In this document: positions 1-10,845 of the stretch, one piece after another
How the letters are laid out: each line of letters opens with the position of its first letter
Position numbering within the stretch: position 1 is the stretch's first letter
Notes under the pieces: model-generated
Databases searched by the model: none
Told to the model about the DNA's origin: nothing
What the model saw: the letters and a program-made list of their open reading frames with translations, nothing else
DNA from: Phoronis australis
Lineage: Eukaryota > Animalia > Phoronida
Length of the DNA stretch: 64,000 nt
Assembly (NCBI GenBank): GCA_002633005.1
Contig: NMRA01000025.1
Location: forward strand, 323,450 to 387,449
Direction: 5' to 3'
Position numbers and translations under genes: made by a program

Positions 1-522
1 ACAAATAAACATTGTTCTACTAATTATTAAATAAATACCATGTATCCGTACATAAATAAGAGCCAAATTTCGAAGGAAATCGCTGTACAAACGGACGCTA
101 TCGACTTTTCCGGTTTTGGTAAACTGTTCAATTTTACCTCCAATGCTGGAGAGCTTCATAGAATTGCCCAAAATTCTGCGTATTTGGCGGCATTTCACAG
201 GAACTGTGAAAAAACTCTCACAGATTTGACGATGGAATATTTTTAATTTACCTTATTTTGGTAGAAAGAAATATCTCACTTTAAATAGTTAGGAACTACT
301 TTCTAATAAAAGCCTTTTGAAATTCCACACTTACTACCCATTTCCCTATTGGAATACATGGGAATATTGGATATGCTGTAATCCATACAAAAACATTTTT
401 TTTGATTTTTAAAATAGCTTTTTATTTTATTGTTTGGTATCCTTTATAAAACCCCATTGACAAAATCCATGAAATTTAACATGCCTCCGCCGACCTCTGC
501 AGGTTTTCTCAGATAATGCCTC
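1..522. mobile_element. Probable right-hand end of a TTAA-flanked non-autonomous DNA transposon (Kolobok-like), left end outside the window
   Basis: Segment ends ...CTCAGATAATGCCTC immediately before TTAA (523-526); the terminus reads GAG on the other strand (RR start typical of Kolobok). The partner TIR is not visible. Confidence 0.35.
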
Positions 523-2343
523 TTAAATGCTTAGAGGATTGTGGGTTGTTTCTGTAAAACACTTCAGCATTATAGGCATACATGTTGGTGACGCTTTGGA
601 GATGACGTTTGAGTCATCGAGTAGAAACTGCAGAGACACTGACTTGGTGTAGTCTTGTGTTGACAAAGGAGGATGAAACGCTGTAAATTCTTGCACGTTT
701 TGATAGATACACTGTATGATTATAAGAATTTCGTCCTGAGTATCCGATGCCCCGCGTCCGTAAGAGTGCATTTGGAGAAGATAGGTAACATGCAACCATG
801 TCAAACGCAGAGGCGATATTGAATACATTGATCTAACAGTACAAAGCCCACTCTCAATTTATTCCGTAAATATTGACCAGCTTGTTGGGCACAATACCAA
901 ATCGGACATTTTAAAACTGCATTTTGCACGATTAGCTCTTTGACAACGAAATGGAATTGAGCCTTTAACTCTCATCAGATCGGTCGCATAACATTCCTTG
1001 ACGTAGAAGCTACCATCAACTCCCAAATCGTACGCTTCACAGCTCAACGGGGTTGACGAACTCTGAAATTGCAAATTCGAATATGCACTCATATTGCCGA
1101 GTTGTAAGAGGGTTGAACAATTTGTTGAATATCAATTCTTGAGATCTATAGGCTGAGACAAGCGACGATCATCTTTGTTTGTGAACAGTATTCTAATCAG
1201 CACCATACATCTTGTTTGTTTGTATAATTTTGTGGTATAAACTGGTGGTAAAAACATGTCTCTTTCAGTTAGTTTGGCCATTTTTTATAATTATATAGTC
1301 GCTGCAGTGCCTTTCATTTTTTGTCAACATGTACTTGTCTTCTTGTCGTGTCTGACTCCTGTAACTGACCTTTGAAACCGACATTTAATCCGACCAGTAT
1401 TGTTTTACAGTCAAACAAAGGTAGTCAAATATATGTAGTGAAGTTATTGGTAAATAGATCTTGTTTGTACATTATCCCATAAAAGGGCACACCATTCATA
1501 CTTATGTTCTTGATCTTATTGTTTTGCTATGAATGTCATTTTGTTTTTTGTTTTTTTTTCGAAATAAAACAGGTTCACGTGACCTAGCTAGTGGCAGATT
1601 GCTATGAAGTCAAAAATCAAATTCTAGAATTTGTATTTTCAGTAAATATGTACTTTTGCTGAGTTAACTTCCATAGTTTTGCAGATTTTTTTCGAAATCT
1701 GGGTCCGAGGCCTATTTTTTATTCAAATAAAGTTTGTGATATTTTTCAATCTACCTGAATACAAACTCAATTCTGTGTTGGAGTATGGTACAGTTTACGC
1801 AGACGAGTGTATTGTCTAATTTTGCACTGGGTTGTCCCAAAACTCGAGTAGAAACTCGAGATTACGAGATAAAAATTCGAGATTCAGTTTAGACTCAAAC
1901 TTAAAGCTTTAATTCTAGGGTCGTCAAGTGCAAAATAGGGCGTAGGATGTCGAAGGAGGATGTCGGCCATTAGGCGAATATGGCGATTTCGTTTCCAAAT
2001 CCCACCGATTGTGAGTTATCAGGTTGTACCATGTGATTTACTAATGAACTCTTTACTATGCAGGTCCCGTCCTCAAAGCATAGCTTCCACGAAGCGATAT
2101 ATGTAAACAGTATTCGTTGGCAGTCGCTCTTCAGCCAGGTACCCTTTTCGTCAATGTCACTTGCTGAAACTCCCGCGTATACGATATCTTATTTTGTGTC
2201 GTCGACAAAGCAAAACTAGGAGGTTATTAAATGGATGCAAGGCTCCGGTGGACGTGGATTGGATGTTCTTGGAAAGACCAGTATATGCACTTGATTGACT
2301 TTGCCGGTTGTTCTGGTTCAACCGAATAAGACATCTGCAAATT

Positions 2344-2585
2344 CATGCGCGCACCCACGAGGGGGCTCGGGGGACTCGAACGAGCCCCCCATTTGGCAAA
2401 GGTGGCAAAAAGGTCCACCACAGGGAATCAAAAAGTTGGAGAAAACGAGACAAAATTCCACTAAAAAGGTGCAGACGCACAGTGAAGGTGGTACCGTTTA
2501 TTTAGCCCTCCCGCTTTTTTGTCAGCAAAAGGTCCACATCGCCAGAAATTCGAGACCCCCATATTAAAGGCTGGGTGCTCGCATG
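2344..2585 (+). mobile_element. MITE (~240 bp), CATG-terminated TIRs, 5-bp TSD; family copy 1
   Basis: Ends CATGCGCGCACCCA...TGGGTGCTCGCATG, flanked on both sides by AAATT. Homologous to 39135-39349 and 49878-50139. Confidence 0.8.
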
Positions 2586-3015
2586 AAATTGAAATGATAG
2601 CAGGAAATCTCAAACGGTTGACCCGGCAAACCGGCGATGCCAATCACGTGCAGCGTTTGCTAGACCCATTTCTGTTGCTTGTATGTTTCTTTCTTGCTAG
2701 TTTGTTGTATGTGAAATGAACATGCACGTATGCGGCTCTCGAGTCACCGTTTTTCAAACTGATAGTAAATAATAAATGATAACGCTAAAAGATATTCATT
2801 GTCATATACACTTCGTTGCTGTGATTAGGGCGATGGCAGTGTAACACATAAGTAACTATAAAACTACAGAAGTTGTATATGATGGCACCCATATACACTG
2901 CGTGCTGTCGGATTGAGTATATCACATGGGGACACGCATTCGGTATACCCTTTAAAATCGGTTTGCCGTGTGGCTTGTTATTTTGCTGTGATTGGATAGA
3001 GCTAATGCCCAGCAC

Positions 3016-4039
3016 TGGTAAATCATTCAACAGCCTGACATTAGAGGAGCACAAATTGGTAAATAATTCAACAGATAAAACATTTGAGGAGCACAAATTG
3101 GTAAATCATTCAACAGATAAAACATTTGAGGAGCACAGATTGGTAAATCATCCAACAGCCTGACATTTGAAGAGCACAAATTGGTAAATCACCCAACAGC
3201 CTGACATTTGAGGAGCGCAGATTGGTAAATCATCCAACAGCCTATTAGAGGACCACAAATTGGTAAATCACTCAACAGCCTGACATTTGAGGAGCACAAA
3301 TTGTTAAATCATCCAACAGTCTGATATTTGAGGAGCACAAATTGGTAAATCATCCAAGAGCCTGACATTTGAGGAGCACATATTGGTTAATCATCCTACA
3401 GCCTGACATTAGTGGAGCACAAATTGGTAAATCATCCAACAGCCTGACATTTGAGGAGCACAAATTGGTAAATCATCCAAGAGCCTGACATTTGAGGAGC
3501 ACAAATTGGTAAATCATCCAAGAGCCTGAAATTTGAGGAGCACAAATTGGTAAATCACTCAACAGCCTGACAATAGAGGGGCAAAAATTGGTAAATCACT
3601 CAACAGCCTGACATTAGAGGAGCACAAATTGTTAAATCACTCAACAGCCTGACATTTGAGGAGCAAAATTGGTAAGTCATCAAACAGCCTGACATTTGAG
3701 GAGCACAAATTGTTAAATCATCCAAGAGCCTGACATTTGAGGAGCACAAATTGGTCAATCACTCAACAGCCTGACATTAGAGGAGCAAACATTGGTAAAT
3801 CACTCAACAGCCTGACATTTGAGGAGCACAAATTGGTAAATCACCCAACAGGCTGACATTTGAGGATCACAAATTGGTAAATCACCCAACAGCCTGACAT
3901 TTGAGGAGCATAAATTGGTCAATCATCCAACAGCCAGACATTTGGGGAGCCCAAGTTGGTAAATTATCCAACAGCCTGACATTTGAAGAACACAAATTGG
4001 TAAATCATCCAATAGGCTGACATTTGAGGAGCACAAATT
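3016..4039. repeat. Minisatellite, ~41-bp unit, ~25 copies
   Basis: Head-to-tail TTGGTAAATCATCCAACAGCCTGACATTTGAGGAGCACAAA with point variants and no unique spacers. Confidence 0.95.
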
Positions 4040-4353
4040 CAGTACATAAGGAGTCGGAGAACGGAGATTCATTCTTGAACACCCCCGTTCTGCTTTCATA
4101 CTTACTCCGAAATTACAATCGGCCATTTTGTGCTCGCCTGGTAGTCTATTGTGTTATTCGCATTACTGAGTCAGTTATCGAAATCGCATTGTCACCTAAA
4201 GGTTAAAATTTCAAGTTTGAGCTCGAATTCTCAACTTTTTAGGTCGAGTTGAGCAATAAATAGTACACCTAACTGGTCTTTGTAACTACTTGAAGTCCAA
4301 TAAGGTTTGATAAAGTGGCCGCAAATGACAATTGGCCTTAGAATAGTCACAAC

Positions 4354-5468
4354 CACAGGCGCTTGGGTTTATCGCAAATGACGTCACTAATAATATAAAT
4401 GAAAACATAAAGGTTGGACACTCGAAATCTGTTTGCTCAGAATTTTCTACTCAAATGTGCATGGAACTCCACGAAACTAGCATCGAACAACTCTTAGAAT
4501 GCTTTCTTTCATTCGATCTCTTCAAATTGCCTTCAAGTGGTAATTTGGCGACAAAATGCCAAAAGAATGCCAAAATCACAAATTCAAGGACCTAATTCCG
4601 TGATGTCATGGCAGACGGTCTTCGCACATCCGGGTATTGACAGACGCTCCCGAGCTAAATCCGAAAGTTTAATTTCGCGCGGCTTTCGCCGTCAATCCAT
4701 CGACTACTTGATCATGAGAAGCAGAGAACACTTTATTGCCAAATAAATATAATTACTCACATATTTGTGTCAAATATAAATTATCCTGATACTGTATTGA
4801 TATGCGAAGTTTTTTTTGTACTGTGATTTCTTATCAAGGTTTTACTTTTGGCCAAAAGCATTGAGTTAACTCGTCTGCCACGCGCATTGTAATACTTGCG
4901 CGGACTGCGTTTCCTGGCCGAGTGTGTGTTGTGCTTCAATCAAAAAAGTGCGTGATGTCAAGATGAGAAACAAGATACGCCATTTTATGTAATAAAATTC
5001 TAAGTTAAGGGCTAAAATGATCCGTCAGTGGAATAAAGTTACAAATAATCATTAAAATACTAACTTTAACATTCTCAATTAGTTGAGTTTTCGATTAGAA
5101 TTATTGAATTTGAAATATAGGTTGCTTGCTCAAATTGGAAGTTTCACCTACGACAGGCGTACAAGTTGAAGCACAACTGAAATCCGCCATGTTTACTATT
5201 CCAGGTCCTTGAATTCAGAGTTTTGAGATTGTGTTGGAAATTCCATCGCCAATTCACCACTCACGAAGACAGTTAATGGGATCTAGGAAAGATAAGGCTT
5301 CGAAGGTTTATGCAACACCAGACTGAGAGAGGTGCACGCAGATTTTATTTGGATTTTGGACGGTTAAATTTGGGAGCCTCGGCTTGGCAAAGTTTAAGTG
5401 TCCAACCCTTATGTTTTCTTATATGTATTATTGAGTGACGTCATTTGCGATAAACCCAAGCGCCTGTG
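4354..5468. mobile_element. Non-autonomous TIR transposon with 8-bp TSD (P-element- or hAT-like), 1115 bp
   Basis: TIR CACAGGCGCTTGGGTTTATCGCAAATGACGTCACT... matches at both ends and continues imperfectly for ~70 bp. Exact duplication GTCACAAC at 4346-4353 and 5469-5476. Confidence 0.9.
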
Positions 5469-6420
5469 GTCACAACAAGCGAGTTGTTGCTGCATGTAGA
5501 CAGTAGAGGTTCTGATAGGTTTAAGCACATTCTGTCGTGTAAAGACTAAAGATATTGTCCACATGTATTTGAATGTTGTTAAATCAAAAGTTTTTGGGAA
5601 AGTATGTCCGAATTTCTTTTTAGTGTAGAGAAATATGCAGACACTAATTTGGATGCTTTCACTCTCATATTTGAATTACGTGAGTGTAGGTTTAAATCGC
5701 TCAATGTTTTTATCACTCTAACTAAAAGGCATATCTTTCCCGTCAAATATAGAACCAATTGCAATGCATTGGATTTTTAAAGATAGGTTAAACCATTATT
5801 GAAAACAGTTTAAATATATTTACACCAAGAATTGAAACGAAGAAAATTTTGATTTATGAATAGCAGATTTTTAATAAAATTATTTGTCATTCGGTAACAG
5901 ATGCCGTGTGCATGCCTTTGGTGCAGATGTCTGCCAGTCCATTATTAAACGCAACAAATATTTAGACGTTATATTATTACAGGTGAGATTTTTTTCTGTA
6001 TTACGTGTACATTTGTACACGTTTGCCTATTCAACAAATACCAAAACACGAAACATTGGACTTCTAGCTCCAATAACGATCTTGGTCTGTGATGTGTTAT
6101 GGAAACGTAACCGGTCTAGTTCAATTTTACCGCATTTGTTTCGAAATTTTGTCTTGCCGAAGCACACTTTGTACAGTGTGATGGTTAGATGCCATTTCGT
6201 ATACACCGAAGTAAAGCTTGGTTTGCATACCATACATAACATTACCTCAGGTGTTTGTGTACCCAAAATCGGTTGAGTTCGGTTTAAGAAAACACACGTG
6301 TATGGGGTCAGAGCTCGTCATTGGAGACCTTTTCATTGAGCGCTACCAAATGTAACAACACTGTAGGTTAATAAATCCATAAATAACAAACTTTACCATA
6401 TGGCTTCCACCTGACATATA

Positions 6421-6624
6421 TGACGTCACCCATTATGCCGTAAAAACCCAAAAAATTAAATTCACTGCGTATAACATTTAGAATTGAGCGTTGCGGCGTC
6501 ATGTGACAGGCCCTGTGCTGCTGCTTGACAAACTCTTGATAGATTGCACACAACACAAGCTTAATGTCTCCATTTACATAATTTAATGCCAGCATCGCGA
6601 TGGTGACAGAAAGGAGTGACGTCA
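6421..6624 (+). promoter_or_regulatory. Two palindromic CRE/ATF sites upstream of the membrane-protein ORF
   Basis: TGACGTCA at 6421-6428 and 6617-6624, within ~260 bp of the ATG at 6674. Confidence 0.4.
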
Positions 6625-6673
6625 CCTCTTATCTTTACGTAAAACACCAAGTTTAAAAAGATGACCGGAAAGA

Positions 6674-9600
6674 ATGTGCTTTCTGCTCTTTCTATTTATG
6701 ATACAGCTATATTCTGACATCACCTCCGGTCAACTTGATGTTAGCTTTGACAAGGCTGACGAAAACCCGTTTTGCTATTTGCTCTTGAGCGGTTACTCTG
6801 CAATGCACCCGCCGTCAGACGTTGCTAAACTCTTTCGCATTCATCTTAACGTATTTCCATTGAAATTGGACGAAGTGGGTACATTTCCATCCATGCAGGT
6901 GTTTTCGTTCGATTATGATCCATCAACGTCACGGTATTATTTCGCAGCGCGTAAGCACAACAGTTTCCGAGAATCTTCTAGCAGTGTTTTTGTTACCCAC
7001 AAATTGGGCGGTTCGTTGAAGAAACTGAAGCCGTTCTATTCCGTTGATCACGTGGACGTTAAGGCACTAATCTTAGACGAAGAAGGTCGCCTCTATATCA
7101 AAGACAACGATATCACCAGGATAGGCCTGGACAAGAACGGTCCAAAGGCTGGAGTCCGTGTAGCGGATATCGAGAACTCTTCCCTTATTCTTGATCTTTT
7201 AGCAAGCGAAGGCTTTGTTTTTATGTCTACCAGTAGTGAAGATAAAACTGGATATAGTATTCAGCAATATGTTTTTCAAGCCTTTATTAAGCGGCAGCTT
7301 ACCACTGAAGTTACGGGTCACTTTTGTGGTATGTCGCTCAACCCTGGCAAACGAAAATCTGATAAATTCGATTTGTATTATTGCTCTCAAAATGATTTTG
7401 GATGGACATCACTGATCAAAATATACCAGAAAAGGCATGACTGGAAAGACGATATAATTGAACACACACTTTTTCAAAAAGAATTTCCTACTTATTTGGG
7501 ACATAAAGCAGTCGATTTAGTGAGCACAGTTAACTTTTTATACATGGTTGTTTCAACTTCTGCCAAGATTCCGTCATCGGAGGTGTGGAAAATGTCTAAA
7601 ATTGCACCAGAAAAATACATCAGATTAGTTTTGCCGATTAAAACTGACCTGACTTCGAAAATACGATTTGTTACACCAAAGTCTAGCTGTAACAACGACG
7701 AGTTGCGTTGCAGCGACGTATTGCCGAACATAATTTTGGAACCATCGTGTTCTGGTTCAACTGGAAAATCGTGCAATTATTCGTGTAAAGCATCACGGAA
7801 GACCGGGGTGTTTGAAAAATTGCGATGCAACAAGGGAATCTGGGAAGGAAACGTTTCACATGGGTGCACACATCTTTGTGCGGAGAACATCACGGGTATT
7901 GCTCTCGACGTCACGTGCACGAGAGAGTCTGGAACAGAATGCAATTACACTTGTGACACTGGCAGACCAACTAAAGCTCTGACGTGCCGAGATGGGCATT
8001 GGAGCGATACTGACAACTTGTGTACAGTGCTGTGCGAAAAAGAAATTCCTCGGGTCGTGATAGAACCAAACTGCACCAGACTGCCGGGTGCGCTGTGTAA
8101 TTATTCGTGTGCTGAAGGATGTAGAAAGGTGGACCCAATGCTTGTCTGTGGTTTTGGATTCTGGAAGAATCCAATTCAAGACATGTGTGTAAAACTGTGT
8201 GGAGCAAACATACCCCATGGAAAGTGGGACACAGTATGTTCGAGACAGACCGGAGACTACTGCGCGGTGACGTGTAAAGAAGGGTGGACTCCTAGAATGG
8301 GTAAAGTGGGATGTCGCGATGGTTATTGGGAAAACCCTGTTCAGACTCTTTGCAGCGAAGATTTTTCCGACTCGGATTTACTGCAGTCTTTATGGTTTGG
8401 AATAGCGTTGCTGGGAATAGTTGTATTTGTCGTTATCCTCTCCGTGATCATGGTACTTTGGAGGAAGCAAAAGAATGTGGAACTGCAACTAATTGAGCTG
8501 GAAGAGAGAGAAGCATTAGAGAAATCGTTGCTCAAATCAGAACACGAGGAACTCATTTGTAACCAGGAATTTAACATTCTCTCACAAAACACCATCAAGA
8601 TAGAAGAAGACGCGATGAACCGTGACAAATGCACAAAAGTAATCGAACCAGCATGCCAATTTCAATCAAAAGATAAATCAAAGGAAACACAGAAGACCAC
8701 AATTTTAGCAAAGAGTTTGACTAAAGCTACTGGTGATGTAGACCAGGTGAAAGGGCGAGACGAAACTGGGATGAAGAAATATGACCAAGAAAATGCTGCA
8801 ATGGATAAATGTAAAAGGAATGATGATAAACCTATCATTGACACTGAATCGCGTCCAGAATACGAAGAGCATTGTTCGCGCCCAAAAGACGAAGATCATT
8901 GTATAGCCTCTGAGTATAACCGAATGTTGAAAAACATCTCAGGTGCCACAAAAACAAAACAAGTCATGCGAATCAAAAAGGCTTACACACAATACCAACA
9001 GTTTTGTGATCAAAATAAAGGCAAACTGCCAAATATCGATAACGAGCCTATTTTTGAAGCCATCAATACGATGCTGACTATGACGAAACACATGGACTTA
9101 GCGAGCCAAGCCGCGAATCATGTTCTCGAAGTACTAGTGATGATGACCGCAGATCTTTCTCATGGAGATAACCATGGAGACGATGTAGCAGCGCATGCGT
9201 CAGAAGCCAAAAATAAGGTCAACGGGTTGCAAAGCGTCGCTACAATACAGAAGGAGCTTCTTAGCATAGACAGAAAAATAATGAGCGAAATACGCCAATA
9301 TCCCCAGCCACACCATCGAGTGCACGAAGTCATGATCGCGTCCCTTCTGCTATTAGGGCACGAAGAAAGAGACACACGCAAGTGGAACCAGTGTCAGAAA
9401 CTGTGCATGCCGCTTCCTGAGAAAGATTACGAAGGACTCTACAGTGTACTTAAACATTTCAAATTGGCTTCAGTGCATCCGGAAATAGCTATGCGCGTAA
9501 AGGAAATCCTGGGTAGCTACACGCAGGCACAGGTGTCAAGAGCTTGTTTCGCGGTGGGCGTGTTTTACAAGTGGGCGATGGCAGTCTGTGACGAGTGTTT

Positions 9601-9748
9601 AGCGAGCTGTGTAGATCTGCCGAAACCAGCTGTGGGTGAAAGGCAGGCCGAGATCCTTGGACTTGGGAAGGATACTGTTTCACATTCTAGACACCAAAGT
9701 GTTGCTAACATTAAACAAGCTAAACGCTATTCGAAGGTAGAAACATGA
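6674..9748 (+). CDS. Intronless type I transmembrane protein: signal peptide, beta-propeller-like region, 4 sushi/CCP-like repeats, TM, cytoplasmic dynein-MTBD-like domain
   Basis: Uninterrupted 1024-codon ORF. Hydrophobic N-terminus MCFLLFLFMIQLYSDITSG. Blade-like motifs (FDYDPSTSRYYFA, ILDEEGRLYIKD). Four repeats C...C...G..C.YSC...L.C..G.W...C (aa 346-560). TM WFGIALLGIVVFVVILSVIMVLW followed by RKQK. C-terminal EIRQYPQP..VHEVMIASLLLLG...W...VSRACFAVGVFYKW. Confidence 0.93.
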   Translation: MCFLLFLFMIQLYSDITSGQLDVSFDKADENPFCYLLLSGYSAMHPPSDVAKLFRIHLNVFPLKLDEVGTFPSMQVFSFDYDPSTSRYYFAARKHNSFRESSSSVFVTHKLGGSLKKLKPFYSVDHVDVKALILDEEGRLYIKDNDITRIGLDKNGPKAGVRVADIENSSLILDLLASEGFVFMSTSSEDKTGYSIQQYVFQAFIKRQLTTEVTGHFCGMSLNPGKRKSDKFDLYYCSQNDFGWTSLIKIYQKRHDWKDDIIEHTLFQKEFPTYLGHKAVDLVSTVNFLYMVVSTSAKIPSSEVWKMSKIAPEKYIRLVLPIKTDLTSKIRFVTPKSSCNNDELRCSDVLPNIILEPSCSGSTGKSCNYSCKASRKTGVFEKLRCNKGIWEGNVSHGCTHLCAENITGIALDVTCTRESGTECNYTCDTGRPTKALTCRDGHWSDTDNLCTVLCEKEIPRVVIEPNCTRLPGALCNYSCAEGCRKVDPMLVCGFGFWKNPIQDMCVKLCGANIPHGKWDTVCSRQTGDYCAVTCKEGWTPRMGKVGCRDGYWENPVQTLCSEDFSDSDLLQSLWFGIALLGIVVFVVILSVIMVLWRKQKNVELQLIELEEREALEKSLLKSEHEELICNQEFNILSQNTIKIEEDAMNRDKCTKVIEPACQFQSKDKSKETQKTTILAKSLTKATGDVDQVKGRDETGMKKYDQENAAMDKCKRNDDKPIIDTESRPEYEEHCSRPKDEDHCIASEYNRMLKNISGATKTKQVMRIKKAYTQYQQFCDQNKGKLPNIDNEPIFEAINTMLTMTKHMDLASQAANHVLEVLVMMTADLSHGDNHGDDVAAHASEAKNKVNGLQSVATIQKELLSIDRKIMSEIRQYPQPHHRVHEVMIASLLLLGHEERDTRKWNQCQKLCMPLPEKDYEGLYSVLKHFKLASVHPEIAMRVKEILGSYTQAQVSRACFAVGVFYKWAMAVCDECLASCVDLPKPAVGERQAEILGLGKDTVSHSRHQSVANIKQAKRYSKVET

Positions 9749-10689
9749 TTTAGACATAAGGTTGAGAGTGGACAGCAACAGAACGATGTTTTAATCTTGC
9801 ACTGTTACTGATCGATCATTAGTTGGATAAAACAGCGGGAACAGTAGTGTTGTATATTAAATATGCTTGTTGTGTGTTAGAATGAATTATCAACGTACGA
9901 GCCAACCGTATGTGTTGAATGAATTTTCACGAGACAACTCTTATCACAATACTGCATCCTGTGTAAATATCTCCATCGCTTAACTTATTTTCCGCGTGGT
10001 GCAAATATTGGAAAACATGTGGAAAAGACATTCCTTTTTCGTAATTAAGATAGCGTTTCTTACATTCTCGGAGGTGCCTCATCAGCGGGTTCATAGATAA
10101 CGACGTAATGATTCCTAAATGCGATAGTACCACTTGTTGGAGAAACGTGCAAATAACACTCAGGTATTAGATGTTCAGCTGCTGCAATTTGCTAACGACG
10201 AGCTGTTGTGTGCCCAATAACATAGATCTTGAGGAACCTTGATGTGAATCCTTAGCCTACACATACCAGTAGGTGGAAGTAAATTCCATAAAATCTAATT
10301 TTCTTAGTAGGACAAAGGCTCGGCACTGAACATCCTGCTCCGAGTTACTTCTTCCACGCTGCGTAGAGTTTGATTTTTCTGACGTTCTGTCGATATCAAA
10401 ATGAATTTAACGTTTTCAATACGAAAAATGGAATTTATTACAATTTAGTAGATCATTGAAAGCCACTGATATATTATACTCGCTAGAAATTTACTAAGAT
10501 ATGCAAACAAGATTAGGCTCTACGTTTTTCAAAAGTTTGTGGGTTTCAAAACTTAGAACACATCCGCTAATGGTCATAACATTGTCCAACATGGCTTCGA
10601 CTTTCACACAAATTTCCTGCGTAGTCTACAAAATATGAAGCGTGTTTTCCGGGATGACTGCAGTGCAGATAGTCGCAATTAAATTTCCA

Positions 10690-10845
10690 TGGCCAGATTC
10701 CCTATGAAAGAGTGTTTCTTTTTTCAGGTGAATCCTCCAACAAAAGGCTTCATAATAAGTTGGAAGTTTCCAAGTTTTGAAGCTGAGACAAATCTTAGAC
10801 TTAATTCAAAAGTGAGCTTCAGGCAGTTTCGTGGAACAGGCCACA
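10690..10845. repeat. Dispersed repeat (MITE-like fragment), inverted homolog at ~47027-47190
   Basis: GAAGCTGAGACAAATCTTAGACTTAA matches the reverse complement of TTAAGTCTAAGATTTGTCTCAACTTC near 47065-47090. Confidence 0.6.

Noticed and set aside
3016-4039. CRISPR-like regular array
   Set aside because: Units are contiguous with no unique spacers, there are no cas genes, and the context is eukaryotic, so this is a minisatellite.
6674-9748. Dynein heavy chain gene fragment or viral envelope gene
   Set aside because: No AAA/P-loop motifs, no flanking LTRs or pol/capsid genes; only the MTBD-like segment resembles dynein.
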